Positions 18,767 through 26,373 of a DNA stretch of 32,000 bases are shown in pieces. The notes beneath the pieces were generated by a model. It was not told where the DNA came from, did no database searches, and saw only the letters and a program-made list of their open reading frames with translations. The translations under genes and the position numbers were made by a program. Position 1 is the first letter of the stretch, and each line of letters opens with the position of its first letter. Origin of the DNA: Thermofilum adornatum (GTDB lineage Archaea > Thermoproteota > Thermoprotei > Thermofilales > Thermofilaceae); the NCBI RefSeq assembly GCF_000446015.1, contig NC_022093.1:180001-212000 (forward strand), read 5' to 3'.

Positions 18767-18997
18767 ATGTGCATGAAGAAAATAACGGTAAGCGACGAAG
18801 TATACAAGAAGCTCTTAGCACTCAAAGGAGAAAAAACCTTCACAGAAATAATCGACGAACTCATAAGAGAAAACGTGAAAAAACGTGCCGAAATGATAAT
18901 CTCCTTGTCAACAAAAAGCCCGCCAGAAGAATATGAAGAAGCAATTAAATTCGTAAAGGAAGGTTTACGGGCCAGACACATCGAAAAAGATACTTGA
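18767..18997 (+). CDS. VapB-like antitoxin (PF02697/DUF217-type), apparently orphan
   Basis: The ORF track gives 18743..18997 (TTG), but I prefer the ATG at 18767 or 18773. KKITVSDEVYKKLLALKGEKTFTEIIDELI is the typical N-terminus of this archaeal antitoxin family. No intact PIN gene follows. Confidence 0.7.
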   Translation: MCMKKITVSDEVYKKLLALKGEKTFTEIIDELIRENVKKRAEMIISLSTKSPPEEYEEAIKFVKEGLRARHIEKDT

Positions 18998-19105
18998 AGC
19001 ATCTTTCCTCTCAGAGGCAAAGATAGGAAAAGTCGAAGTAAAATCGGAAACAAGACAAGAATGCTTCAAGCATTTGGACAAAGGTTTCAACGGGACGCAT
19101 CATGG

Positions 19106-19123
19106 GAAAAATTGAACTAAATT
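19106..19123 (+). promoter_or_regulatory. Shared promoter-proximal motif copy A (GAAAAATTGAACTAAATT) abutting a TATA-like box
   Basis: This 18-mer is identical to the reverse complement of 26949-26966 and matches 25519-25536 at 17/18 positions. It is followed by TCTTTTAAAC (19124-19133) and then the ORF start at 19156 (GTG) or 19165 (ATG). Confidence 0.6.
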
Positions 19124-19155
19124 TCTTTTAAACCCGCAAGACATTCTCTTTCTCG

Positions 19156-19398
19156 GTGAGACACATGGCTGGCAACATAAAGCTAGAAATAACATTCGGG
19201 AACAGTGACCCCCTCAAAGTACAGATACAGGACGGGCAACCCCTCGAGCTACTCCTAGAAAACAATAGCGACGCCACTGTAAGTTACGAAGTGTTACTCA
19301 AAAAGCTAGAGGGGTACCTGACCTATACAATACTCAAACTAGAGCTGGACGGTAAGACGGCCTACCTGGCAGAAGCACAAAGCCGGGAAAAATACTAG
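19156..19398 (+). CDS. Hypothetical small beta-rich protein (possibly truncated by a frameshift)
   Basis: 80 aa ORF behind the motif-bearing promoter. A protein-like reading frame continues in the -1 frame to 19562 (see findings). Confidence 0.5.
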   Translation: MRHMAGNIKLEITFGNSDPLKVQIQDGQPLELLLENNSDATVSYEVLLKKLEGYLTYTILKLELDGKTAYLAEAQSREKY

Positions 19399-19568
19399 AA
19401 AAAGCCCTGCCGCCACGCCAAAGCACGACCCTAAGGCTTAGCGTCCTCTCCCCAAAGACAGTCGAAGACAGCGCAGAGATATCAATAGAGGTAAATGCAA
19501 AACCAGTAGTCGTTCCAAGCGTCCCCATAACAATATTTGAAGAAGTAGAAATAGAGAACTAGAAAAAA

Positions 19569-20927
19569 CTAGCTTCCGTTTCTTCTAGGCTTATACATCA
19601 CTAGCCCCAGAAGGGCAACAATTATAGTGCTAAGCCATACAATCCAGTCCCCAAAGCTTAGGGCAACAAAGAAAACAATCAACACGTTCGCAAGCACGGG
19701 CAAAAGCGGAAAGTCGCCAATATTCAGCGGAACCCTAAAGTGCCTCTTAAGGTCTTTTCTCCTCCTCAACGCAACGACGGAAGAGTTCACGAGCAGGAAG
19801 GCCAGGAGAACCGCTAGGCTCGCAGTCTTCCCGACAAGGTCTATCACCTGGTACTCCTGCCCACCGAAGCTCAGCCTCCACCCAGTTACACTCGGCAGAT
19901 AGTCCGTGAGGAATATCAGCAGTATAGCCAGCGCCCCCGAAAGAGCCACAGCAACGTAGGGCGTCCTCCTCCACTTATCAACTTTGGCGAGCCCGCCCCA
20001 CGCAACCCCCTCCTCCGCGAGCCCATACGCTAGGCGGGAAGAAGACACGAGAAAGCCGAGAACAGTGTTAGTCGTGGCGAATAGGGCTATAACCATAAGC
20101 AACAGGAACGAGCCCGGCCAAGCCCTAGAAGCCGCATCAGCCATAGGGGCCTTGCTCGCTCCTAGCTCCTCCCAGCCCATAAGCCTCACGACAGACACGC
20201 TTACAAGAAGGTAGATAAGAGTCGTAACGCTCACAGCAAGCACGATGGACTTAGGCACAACCCTCTCAGGGTTAAGGGTCTCCTCGCTAAGCGTAGGCTG
20301 GTACTCGAAACCAGTATACGCAAAATAGAAAACCGCGGCCCCAACCAGCACAGCCAGCACGGGGTCAGCAGAGGGGTTAAAAGACAAGTAGCCTGGACTC
20401 CTCTGCGGGAACAACAGGCCAAGCAGGGAAACAAACAGCAGGCCCCCAGCCTCTATAACAGTGAAGACGGCACTCAGCGCCGCGGACTCCTTTATACCCC
20501 ACCAGTTCAGAAAAGACAAGGCAATGAGGAGCACAAACGTCACAGGCACAATCCACGAGTCGCCCAGCCAAAAAAGCCTAGCAAAATAGCTCGAGAAACC
20601 TAGACCAGCAGTCGCGGCCCCAGCAACACCCCCGAAAAACAGCATCCACGCCGCCATGAAGGCTACAAGCCTGCTCTTCGGGAAAGCCTCAGCCACATAC
20701 GTATACGTGCTCGCCGCAGTCGTGAAAATCGAGGAGAGCTCCGCATAGGAAAACGCTGTAGCCACAGCTATCACAGCCGAGAAGGCGACACTCATCCACA
20801 CAGCGTCACCAACAATCCCAGCGGCCCTACCAATCAACACATAGATGCCAGCGCCAAGTATAAGCCCAACACCGAACAGCGTCGCGTAGCCCAGCCCAAG
20901 CTCCCTCTTAAGCTCCGACATACACAT
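19569..20927 (-). CDS. APC-superfamily amino acid/polyamine permease
   Basis: 452 aa ORF with about 12 hydrophobic segments and the N-terminal pattern LGLGYATLFGVGLILGAGIYVLIG typical of the APC family. Confidence 0.9.
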   Translation of the reverse strand: MCMSELKRELGLGYATLFGVGLILGAGIYVLIGRAAGIVGDAVWMSVAFSAVIAVATAFSYAELSSIFTTAASTYTYVAEAFPKSRLVAFMAAWMLFFGGVAGAATAGLGFSSYFARLFWLGDSWIVPVTFVLLIALSFLNWWGIKESAALSAVFTVIEAGGLLFVSLLGLLFPQRSPGYLSFNPSADPVLAVLVGAAVFYFAYTGFEYQPTLSEETLNPERVVPKSIVLAVSVTTLIYLLVSVSVVRLMGWEELGASKAPMADAASRAWPGSFLLLMVIALFATTNTVLGFLVSSSRLAYGLAEEGVAWGGLAKVDKWRRTPYVAVALSGALAILLIFLTDYLPSVTGWRLSFGGQEYQVIDLVGKTASLAVLLAFLLVNSSVVALRRRKDLKRHFRVPLNIGDFPLLPVLANVLIVFFVALSFGDWIVWLSTIIVALLGLVMYKPRRNGS

Positions 20928-20960
20928 AGAAAAAAGAGAAAAACTAAAAAACCTTTACCC

Positions 20961-21278
20961 TTACTCCTTCAGCTCCGCCGAAACCTCGCCCTCAAGCGCC
21001 CCAGAAGCCTGCCATATCTGGATATCCCTAGCAACGATCCTCACTGGCTTCCCGTTCTCAACATAGACAGCAATCTTCCCAGTAATCAGCTTGTTGCTAC
21101 CAATCTTGTCCTCGATAGCAAAGCCAAGACGCTGAACAAGCCTCGCAAGGACACGCCTATGCTCCTGCAACACGGCCCTGTTCCTAGCGCCAACCGCGCC
21201 CCAAACATAGCGGATAAAGCTGCTACCCGTCGGGTTAACCGGCCTAACTAGCTCAAACTCTATCGTCTCACTCATCAA
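20961..21278 (-). CDS. Hypothetical protein
   Basis: 105 aa ORF with protein-like composition and no motif recognised. Confidence 0.55.
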   Translation of the reverse strand: MMSETIEFELVRPVNPTGSSFIRYVWGAVGARNRAVLQEHRRVLARLVQRLGFAIEDKIGSNKLITGKIAVYVENGKPVRIVARDIQIWQASGALEGEVSAELKE

Positions 21279-21350
21279 GCCAAAAAAACAAGCAACAAAT
21301 AAATATACTTAGCGCAGAAAAACAAAGCAAAAAATCGTTTATCCAAGAGT

Positions 21351-21764
21351 TTAACTCTTCTTGTAGACCTGTAGGATTATGAGTTTTGGATAGTCTTTTC
21401 CGCTAGCAGTGTGAAGCTTTATCTCGAGACTAACACCAGGAGTAACAGTAAATTGAGAAGGGGCGTTCTGGAAATACAGAATTAGTGGTGTCTGATTGCC
21501 AGGTTTTAGAGGTATTGGGAAGTTGACGTCTGTGCCACTAACTTTCACCTTTAACCCTGTTGCACTAGATGGAAAAACATTTACGTATATGTCTGTTATT
21601 GTTGCAGTGGATGTTCCAGTGTTCTGAACAATGACGTAGATGCCGTTAGTGTCATCGTATATAGATGTTATTTGGAGCTGCTCGAAGCCCGTGAAGAGCC
21701 CAACGATTCCTGTCATCCAGAAGGCTACCGCTATCGCCACTGCGATTGCAACGCGCGCTACCAC
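21351..21764 (-). pseudogene. Archaeal type IV pilin-like gene, N-terminally damaged paralogue
   Basis: This is a paralogue of 22821..23294. The in-frame ORF can only start at a GTG within the hydrophobic helix (VVARVAIAVAIAVAFWMTG) and lacks the basic-Gly processing site. An ATG-CGT-GGT (M-R-G) lies at 21767-21759 but out of frame, consistent with a non-3n deletion of the signal-peptide region. Confidence 0.6.
21583..21748. repeat. 166-bp near-identical segment shared by the two pilin paralogues (copy 1)
   Basis: Matches 23071-23236 at a constant offset of 1488 bp, with 2 mismatches (21586, 21631). Homology breaks abruptly at 21749. Confidence 0.9.
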
Positions 21765-22471
21765 GCATGAGCTTCAAAGAAGGGCTAGGCATCTCTTTCT
21801 TAATGCAACGGAATTCTTCTTAATTGCATGCTTCCTTATCTACATCAGAGATCTCAAAGCTGAGACTGCACACGCACCGTGTTGCCCCGCCTTGTCTCGG
21901 AGTTATGAGTTCTTTCTTCTCTCGCAATAGCTCGATACGACTTTCAGCGAACGCGCTGAACATTTATTCCACCCATTCGCTTTCAAGGAGTCTGATAGCA
22001 GGTCCTACTGGACGCCGCAGTCTCAAAAGCTCCTTGGCTTTTTGAGCAAGTGCATGCATCACTTCGGGCAGACACGCATCCACCCCAAAGTACAAAGGGT
22101 GTGCTCTGAGCTCGGTTCTGACGATGACAGGGCAGAGCTCTTGCCTTCTCTCATCCTTTTGCTTTTCCAGCGGCATGTCTTAGAGCTTATGAGGTTAGCA
22201 AAAAGTGTTTCGCGTGTTGATGCACCCCCGCTCCACACCTATTCTTCAAGCAACCCGAGAAAAGTGTGATGATTCACACCCGAGGCTTCCGCAAGGCAAT
22301 GCCAGGCTCGGAAGACGCGACCACAGGGCCGCCTTAAACATCAAGAAAATGGTGGGGAGGCTAGGAGAGCCTCGTCAGCAAACAGTCTGTTATAGGCGCT
22401 CCCAGAGCCCTCTTTATAACTGAAAGAATACATAAACCCGTGAAGAGCGCTAGCCGCACGACTCACTGTGT

Positions 22472-22531
22472 CAGGGTCAGCTACGGCCGCTCTCCTCACC
22501 GCTCAGCGACGGAATTGCACATCATCAAAGC
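22472..22531 (-). ncRNA. Candidate C/D box sRNA, paralogue of the 18.6 kb locus
   Basis: The reverse strand reads ttTGATGA-(15 nt, or TGATGT + 12 nt)-CTGA-gcgg-TGAGGA-(12 nt)-CTGA. That is C 22522-22527, D' 22503-22506, C' 22493-22498 and D 22477-22480. The 18-nt core CTGAGCGGTGAGGAGAGC is identical to the 18.6 kb locus while the guide spacers differ. Confidence 0.45.
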
Positions 22532-22820
22532 CCTCGGCACAACACGTGCTAAAAGCAACCCATGTACTAGGAATAGCGGAGGAGCCCCCTGCACCTAGCA
22601 CGCTCAGCATAGCAATAATGAAGCCAAAGCCGCTGAACGCCCAACAAGCTCGCGCTGTCGCTCTGATACAGAGCCATATTCCTTATACACTGCCAGACCT
22701 AGATGTAACGGATAAATCTGCTACACACCGAGTTAACAGCCTAACAAGCTTAACCTTCACTGTTTCACAATTAAATAGAATATATAAGAAGATAAAAAAA
22801 TATTTTTAACATGCCTCTGC

Positions 22821-23294
22821 TTATCCGCCAGTTCGATATGCCTGTAGGACTATTAGCTTGGGATAGTCTTTACCACCAGCTGTGTGCAGCTTTATCTCAA
22901 GGCTAACGCCTGGCCGAACTGTAAAGGGAGGATTATTCAAAGTGATGTGTAGAGTCGCTGACGAACCTGCTGGAAATGTTATTCCACCAGTTGCTAAGTC
23001 ACCCTGCACGTTGCCTTGAATATTTTGTAATTCAACCTGTAATCCGACCTGAGTGCTGGGGAGCCCGTTCACGAATATGTCTGTTATTGTTGCAGTGGAT
23101 GTTCCAGTGTTCTGAACAGTGACGTAGATGCCGTTAGTGTCATCGTATATAGATGTTATTTGGAGCTGCTCGAAGCCCGTGAAGAGCCCAACGATTCCTG
23201 TCATCCAGAAGGCTACCGCTATCGCCACTGCGATTGTGACTGCAACGATGATGACGGTCGCTATTACGGGGCTTATACCCCTTCTTTTCTGCAT
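22821..23294 (-). CDS. Archaeal type IV pilin-like protein (class III signal peptide)
   Basis: 157 aa ORF. MQKRRG/ISPVIATVIIVAVTIAVAIAVAFW is a basic-Gly prepilin peptidase site followed by a hydrophobic helix, then a beta-rich domain. A CTTTATAAGG box lies about 35 nt upstream. Confidence 0.8.
   Translation of the reverse strand: MQKRRGISPVIATVIIVAVTIAVAIAVAFWMTGIVGLFTGFEQLQITSIYDDTNGIYVTVQNTGTSTATITDIFVNGLPSTQVGLQVELQNIQGNVQGDLATGGITFPAGSSATLHITLNNPPFTVRPGVSLEIKLHTAGGKDYPKLIVLQAYRTGG
23071..23236. repeat. 166-bp near-identical segment shared by the two pilin paralogues (copy 2)
   Basis: Matches 21583-21748 with 2 mismatches. Confidence 0.9.
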
Positions 23295-23546
23295 AGTTTA
23301 TCATGTATTTTTCTTTTTTTTCCTTATAAAGCTTTTGGCTACCTGGCTTGGAAACAGTTCCCGGGAATAGCTTTTGCCAGCTTATATATACGGCAGGCTT
23401 TCCTACGTGCCTTGTTTGGGCAAACACCACTTTGGGAAACTCTCGAACAATATGCCTCTCACGTAACTAGTTTATTGCCGTTATGTTTCAATTTGTCATG
23501 ATAAATAATGCGCAAACTTATTATTAACCAGCGGTAATAATTAGTT

Positions 23547-23687
23547 ATGCTCGCTTCTAAGGAGCTAGACAAGAAGGAAAAGCTGAGAATACACGAGTCA
23601 GACAAGGTAATCATTATACACAGCGAAGAGTCAGACTGGGCAAAGAGGCTAGCAGAGGGGCTAAAGAGGGAGCTAGGCCTAGAATAA
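23547..23687 (+). CDS. Possible small protein (46 aa)
   Basis: Below the ORF-track cutoff. It reads MLASKELDKKEKLRIHESDKVIIIHSEESDWAKRLAEGLKRELGLE, and an A/T-rich box lies about 25 nt upstream. There is no homology evidence. Confidence 0.3.
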   Translation: MLASKELDKKEKLRIHESDKVIIIHSEESDWAKRLAEGLKRELGLE

Positions 23688-23830
23688 AAAGAAAAAACAA
23701 ATAGACCGGCAACTCCCAGGACTCATCAAACGCGTAAATATGGCACCACTAAACACATGAGGATACCCTGTATTCTAGTTTCAAAAGGGGAGCGGGTGCG
23801 GACTGGGAACCGTGTCGGCCCGCAGGGGAA

Positions 23831-23840
23831 GATTTAAATC
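23831..23840 (+). promoter_or_regulatory. TATA box of the tRNA-Gln gene
   Basis: GATTTAAATC lies about 35 nt upstream of the mature tRNA 5' end, consistent with a short leader. Confidence 0.5.
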
Positions 23841-23871
23841 TGGGCCCTTTACAATATTCATGTCGCACCGG

Positions 23872-23948
23872 AGCCCGGTGGTGTAGCGGCCAAGCATGGC
23901 GGGCTTTGGACCCGCAGATCCGGGGTTCGAATCCCCGCCGGGCTACCA
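23872..23948 (+). tRNA. tRNA-Gln: tRNA-Gln (anticodon UUG), CCA encoded
   Basis: Folded by hand: acceptor AGCCCGG/CCGGGCT, anticodon stem GCGGG/CCCGC, loop CTTTGGA (anticodon TTG), T arm CGGGG-TTCGAAT-CCCCG, discriminator A, then CCA. The A1-U72 pair is typical of archaeal tRNA-Gln. No intron. Confidence 0.93.
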
Positions 23949-23999
23949 GCCTATGTTTCTGGATTTTCTTGAAGCCTAAAGAACAAGGCGCGACCATCT

Positions 24000-24362
24000 C
24001 TATGGAACGTTTACAAACAAGCTGTACTCTTTTCCCGTAGATGTGACAAACGTTACTTGTAGTGTCTGCGCGCTGGTCTCTGTTTCTAGGGTGTGAGTGG
24101 AGGTTTCTCCGGGATTTATGGTTGCCTGGAATTCTAGAGGCTGGCCGTTTATCTTTGCAAGTATGATCGTAGCGGGCTTTGTTCCCCTGTTTTTGATGTA
24201 TGCCGTGACTGTGACTTTTGTGCCTTGGCGCTGTGCCTGTAGCTTTATGTCTAGGAGCTCTATGTCTGTGTGCATAGTGGCGATGTTGCTCAGCCAGAAG
24301 ACTGCAGCTATAGAAACAGCGATTACGACAGCGATTATAATCAGGTTCTCGAAGGTTTCCAT
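24000..24362 (-). CDS. Pilin-like membrane-anchored protein lacking a canonical processing site
   Basis: 120 aa ORF. It starts METFENLIIIAVVIAVSIAAVFWL, followed by a beta-rich domain with the same layout as the pilin paralogues (..V.V...N.G...ATI....NG.P...PG.S....T..GK.Y). There is no basic-Gly motif, and an in-frame stop lies directly upstream of the ATG. Confidence 0.6.
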   Translation of the reverse strand: METFENLIIIAVVIAVSIAAVFWLSNIATMHTDIELLDIKLQAQRQGTKVTVTAYIKNRGTKPATIILAKINGQPLEFQATINPGETSTHTLETETSAQTLQVTFVTSTGKEYSLFVNVP

Positions 24363-24551
24363 AGCCTATATACTGCCTCCCATGGTTTTAAGCTTTATCC
24401 AGGGGGCTCTCTAAAGACGCCCCGAGGGCGTTAACGCCTGCATCCTAGACACGCAATCTCTTCTATATACGTTGGGCAGGCTAAAACCTTAGATAACTCT
24501 AATGAAGTTATTCAAATAGCGAGAAAAATCACACAGAAAAATAGCCCGGTT

Positions 24552-24923
24552 CTAGTGTGTTGTTTCTAGTTTTTTCTTTATGTCTCTTAGTGTGTATAGT
24601 AGTACTCCTAGACGTGTATCTTTGTTGAATAGGACTGCTAGGTATCCTATTTGGCCTAGCCTTGTGTAAATTATCCCCGAGCCGTCTGGGGCGTTGACTG
24701 TTATCCATTCCGCCTCGCCCTTTCCCAGCTCCGTGCTAGCCCTGTTGCCCACCTCGCTCAACACAGCCGTCAAAGCGGCGACCTTCTCCTCCAGCTCCTT
24801 GTCAGCAAGACTACTAAACAACGGCAAACCATCACTACTCGAAACAACAAACCCCTCAACACCACCAACCCTGGCCACACCTTCAACAACACGCCTAACC
24901 TCCTCAACACTCATCCCGACCAC
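24552..24923 (-). CDS. Roadblock/LC7 (MglB-like) domain protein
   Basis: 123 aa ORF. The pattern VGGVEGFVVSSSDGLPLFS...AALTAVL...G..I.....GYLAVLF..DTRLG is typical of Robl_LC7. The start lies 3 nt after the stop of the upstream globin-like gene. Confidence 0.8.
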   Translation of the reverse strand: MVGMSVEEVRRVVEGVARVGGVEGFVVSSSDGLPLFSSLADKELEEKVAALTAVLSEVGNRASTELGKGEAEWITVNAPDGSGIIYTRLGQIGYLAVLFNKDTRLGVLLYTLRDIKKKLETTH

Positions 24924-24926
24924 CCC

Positions 24927-25490
24927 TTACTTTACGCCTAGCTCTTTCATTATGTCTTTTAGTGTGACTGCCTGTAGCCTCTTGTAGACTCCCTCGTTTA
25001 TCCCTAGGACTTTGTCGAAGAGCCTCTGCCTCATGACGTCGTAGCCGAGGACGATTATCCTCAGGCTCCAGTGGACAGACTTGAGGACGGGGGCAAGGTA
25101 TGGGCTGTCCTTGGGGATACGGCTTATAACTTGATGCGTGACGAACGCGAGCTTCGATAGTAGTGTCGGCAAGGGTATCCCGGCACCCGCAAAGGTGAAG
25201 CCCATCTTCGAGATAGCCATGCAGTGATCCATGTCATAGTTGCCGTAAAAGATGGCTGTCATCCATTGCCCGAGCATCGCCTTCACGTTGTCTAGCCCTA
25301 GACTCTGCAAGAGGTTTGCCCCTTCGGGATCCTTCTGCAACCCCTCAATAATCTCTGCCACGATTTTGTCCTTCTGTGGAAGCACAAACTGCGACGCCTC
25401 GCGGAGCCTCTGCTTGTCCTCCTCGCCTAGACCCACGTATCGGGAGATCTCTGCACAGCCCTTTGAAATTAGATCCTGCATATGGGTCAA
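24927..25490 (-). CDS. Protoglobin/globin-coupled-sensor-like domain protein, apparently without the proximal His
   Basis: 187 aa ORF. It matches the protoglobin layout: YVGLGEEDKQRLREA..., ...AEIIEGL..DPE...L, ...GNYDMDH..., SKMGFTFAGAGIPLPTLL. At the position of the RIGxxHxRIGL histidine it has F. Confidence 0.7.
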   Translation of the reverse strand: MTHMQDLISKGCAEISRYVGLGEEDKQRLREASQFVLPQKDKIVAEIIEGLQKDPEGANLLQSLGLDNVKAMLGQWMTAIFYGNYDMDHCMAISKMGFTFAGAGIPLPTLLSKLAFVTHQVISRIPKDSPYLAPVLKSVHWSLRIIVLGYDVMRQRLFDKVLGINEGVYKRLQAVTLKDIMKELGVK

Positions 25491-25518
25491 GCCGGTAGCG
25501 GACCCTTGGTTTATAAAA

Positions 25519-25536
25519 AATTTAGTTCAATTTTTG
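25519..25536 (-). promoter_or_regulatory. Shared promoter-proximal motif copy C (CAAAAATTGAACTAAATT on the reverse strand)
   Basis: Matches copies A and B at 17/18 positions. It abuts the TTTTTATAAA box (25510-19), and the start codon at 25490 is about 20 nt downstream. Confidence 0.6.
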
Positions 25537-25688
25537 ATGAGCATTTCTCTCTTTTATTTTTAAAAATTATACTTTTCCTTCTCATGATAAAACTACAATA
25601 TATCAATAAAATTTTTGCAGAATAAAAGTTGCATAAATCATTGAATTGATATAAAGGCTTTATCAAAATAGGAGCCCCTAGAATATGA

Positions 25689-26273
25689 CTATCTTAGCTC
25701 TTGGGATATTTCCTGGGCGAGCTCCCTAGCATATATCCTTATCAGCCTATTATACACGTCCTCGTTTATCCCCGTCGCCCTCTCGAAGATCCTCTGTCTC
25801 ACAACCTCGTAGCCAAGCATAACAACAGTCAGGTTCCACCTCAAAGCCTTCAACACGACTGGGAAAAGATGGCCGGCTACTACATGCCTCGAAATAACCT
25901 CCGTCACAGTAGCAAGCTTCGCGAGGACAAAGCCTGGAGGCAAGCCGTGGGCGGCAAGCGTCAAGCCTATCTTTGACACCTCTAGACACATTTTTTCACC
26001 ATAGTCCCCCTGAAAAGCCGCAACGAGCCAGCCCCTAAGCATGCCCTCCAACGCTTCCCTAGTGAGCCCAGCCTCCTGAAAGATCCTGGCCGCCTCGGGG
26101 TCACGGAAAAGCTCCCCAAGTATCTCGCCGACAATCTCTCCGCCCTTTTCGATGACGCCATGCGAGGCCTTGTGCAGGAGCTCTACCTCGGCCTGTCCCA
26201 TCCCAAGAAACTCTGCTATCTGGCTACAGTTATTTGCTAGAATCTCCCTTAAAGGAGCCCTATGGTTAGGCAT
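25689..26273 (-). CDS. Protoglobin/globin-coupled-sensor-like domain protein, paralogue 2
   Basis: 194 aa paralogue of 24927..25490 (FLGMGQAEVELLHKA..., GDYGEKMCLEVSKIGLTLAAHGLPPGFVL). It has a His three residues away from the canonical F8 position. Confidence 0.7.
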   Translation of the reverse strand: MPNHRAPLREILANNCSQIAEFLGMGQAEVELLHKASHGVIEKGGEIVGEILGELFRDPEAARIFQEAGLTREALEGMLRGWLVAAFQGDYGEKMCLEVSKIGLTLAAHGLPPGFVLAKLATVTEVISRHVVAGHLFPVVLKALRWNLTVVMLGYEVVRQRIFERATGINEDVYNRLIRIYARELAQEISQELR

Positions 26274-26373
26274 GGTTATTCCACCCTTGATACCTATATC
26301 CTTCCAAATATTTGTTGTTTTTATGAATAAAAAATCTATGTAGCCAACATAACCAAAAGCCTAAGGAAACTGG

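Noticed and set aside
19384-19395. Programmed -1 ribosomal frameshift site like the Sulfolobus fucA A-AAA-AAT heptamer
   Set aside because: The zero-frame reading is CGG GAA AAA TAC, which does not form an X-XXY-YYZ slippery heptamer, and the A run is only 5 nt. A mutation, sequencing error or transcriptional slippage is more likely than programmed recoding.
22264-22290. A further C/D box sRNA starting at GTGATGA (22265-22271, + strand)
   Set aside because: No CTGA lies at the expected 12-nt spacing and no C'/D pair lies downstream. The C-box-like heptamer is instead part of a GTGTGA/TCACAC hairpin.
22180-22470. Possible SRP RNA or RNase P RNA in the GC-rich gap (CCAGGCTCGGAAGACGCGACC recalls the GGAA-tetraloop helix 8 of SRP RNA)
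   Set aside because: I could not find the rest of the SRP helix 8/5 pairing, a 5'/3' closing helix, or the RNase P GGAAAGUCC / ACAGAA-type conserved regions on either strand. The resemblance is limited to about 12 nt.
23872-23948. tRNA-Gln as an integration site (att) for the flanking pilin or cluster regions
   Set aside because: I looked for a direct repeat of the tRNA 3' half (GGTTCGAATCCCCGCCGGGCT) or 5' half elsewhere in the window and found none (best was a 7-nt GGTGTAG at about 30327). No integrase gene is present.
23749-23997. 82-aa reverse-strand ORF
   Set aside because: It directly overlaps the well-folded tRNA-Gln gene and its promoter, so it is a GC-rich shadow ORF.
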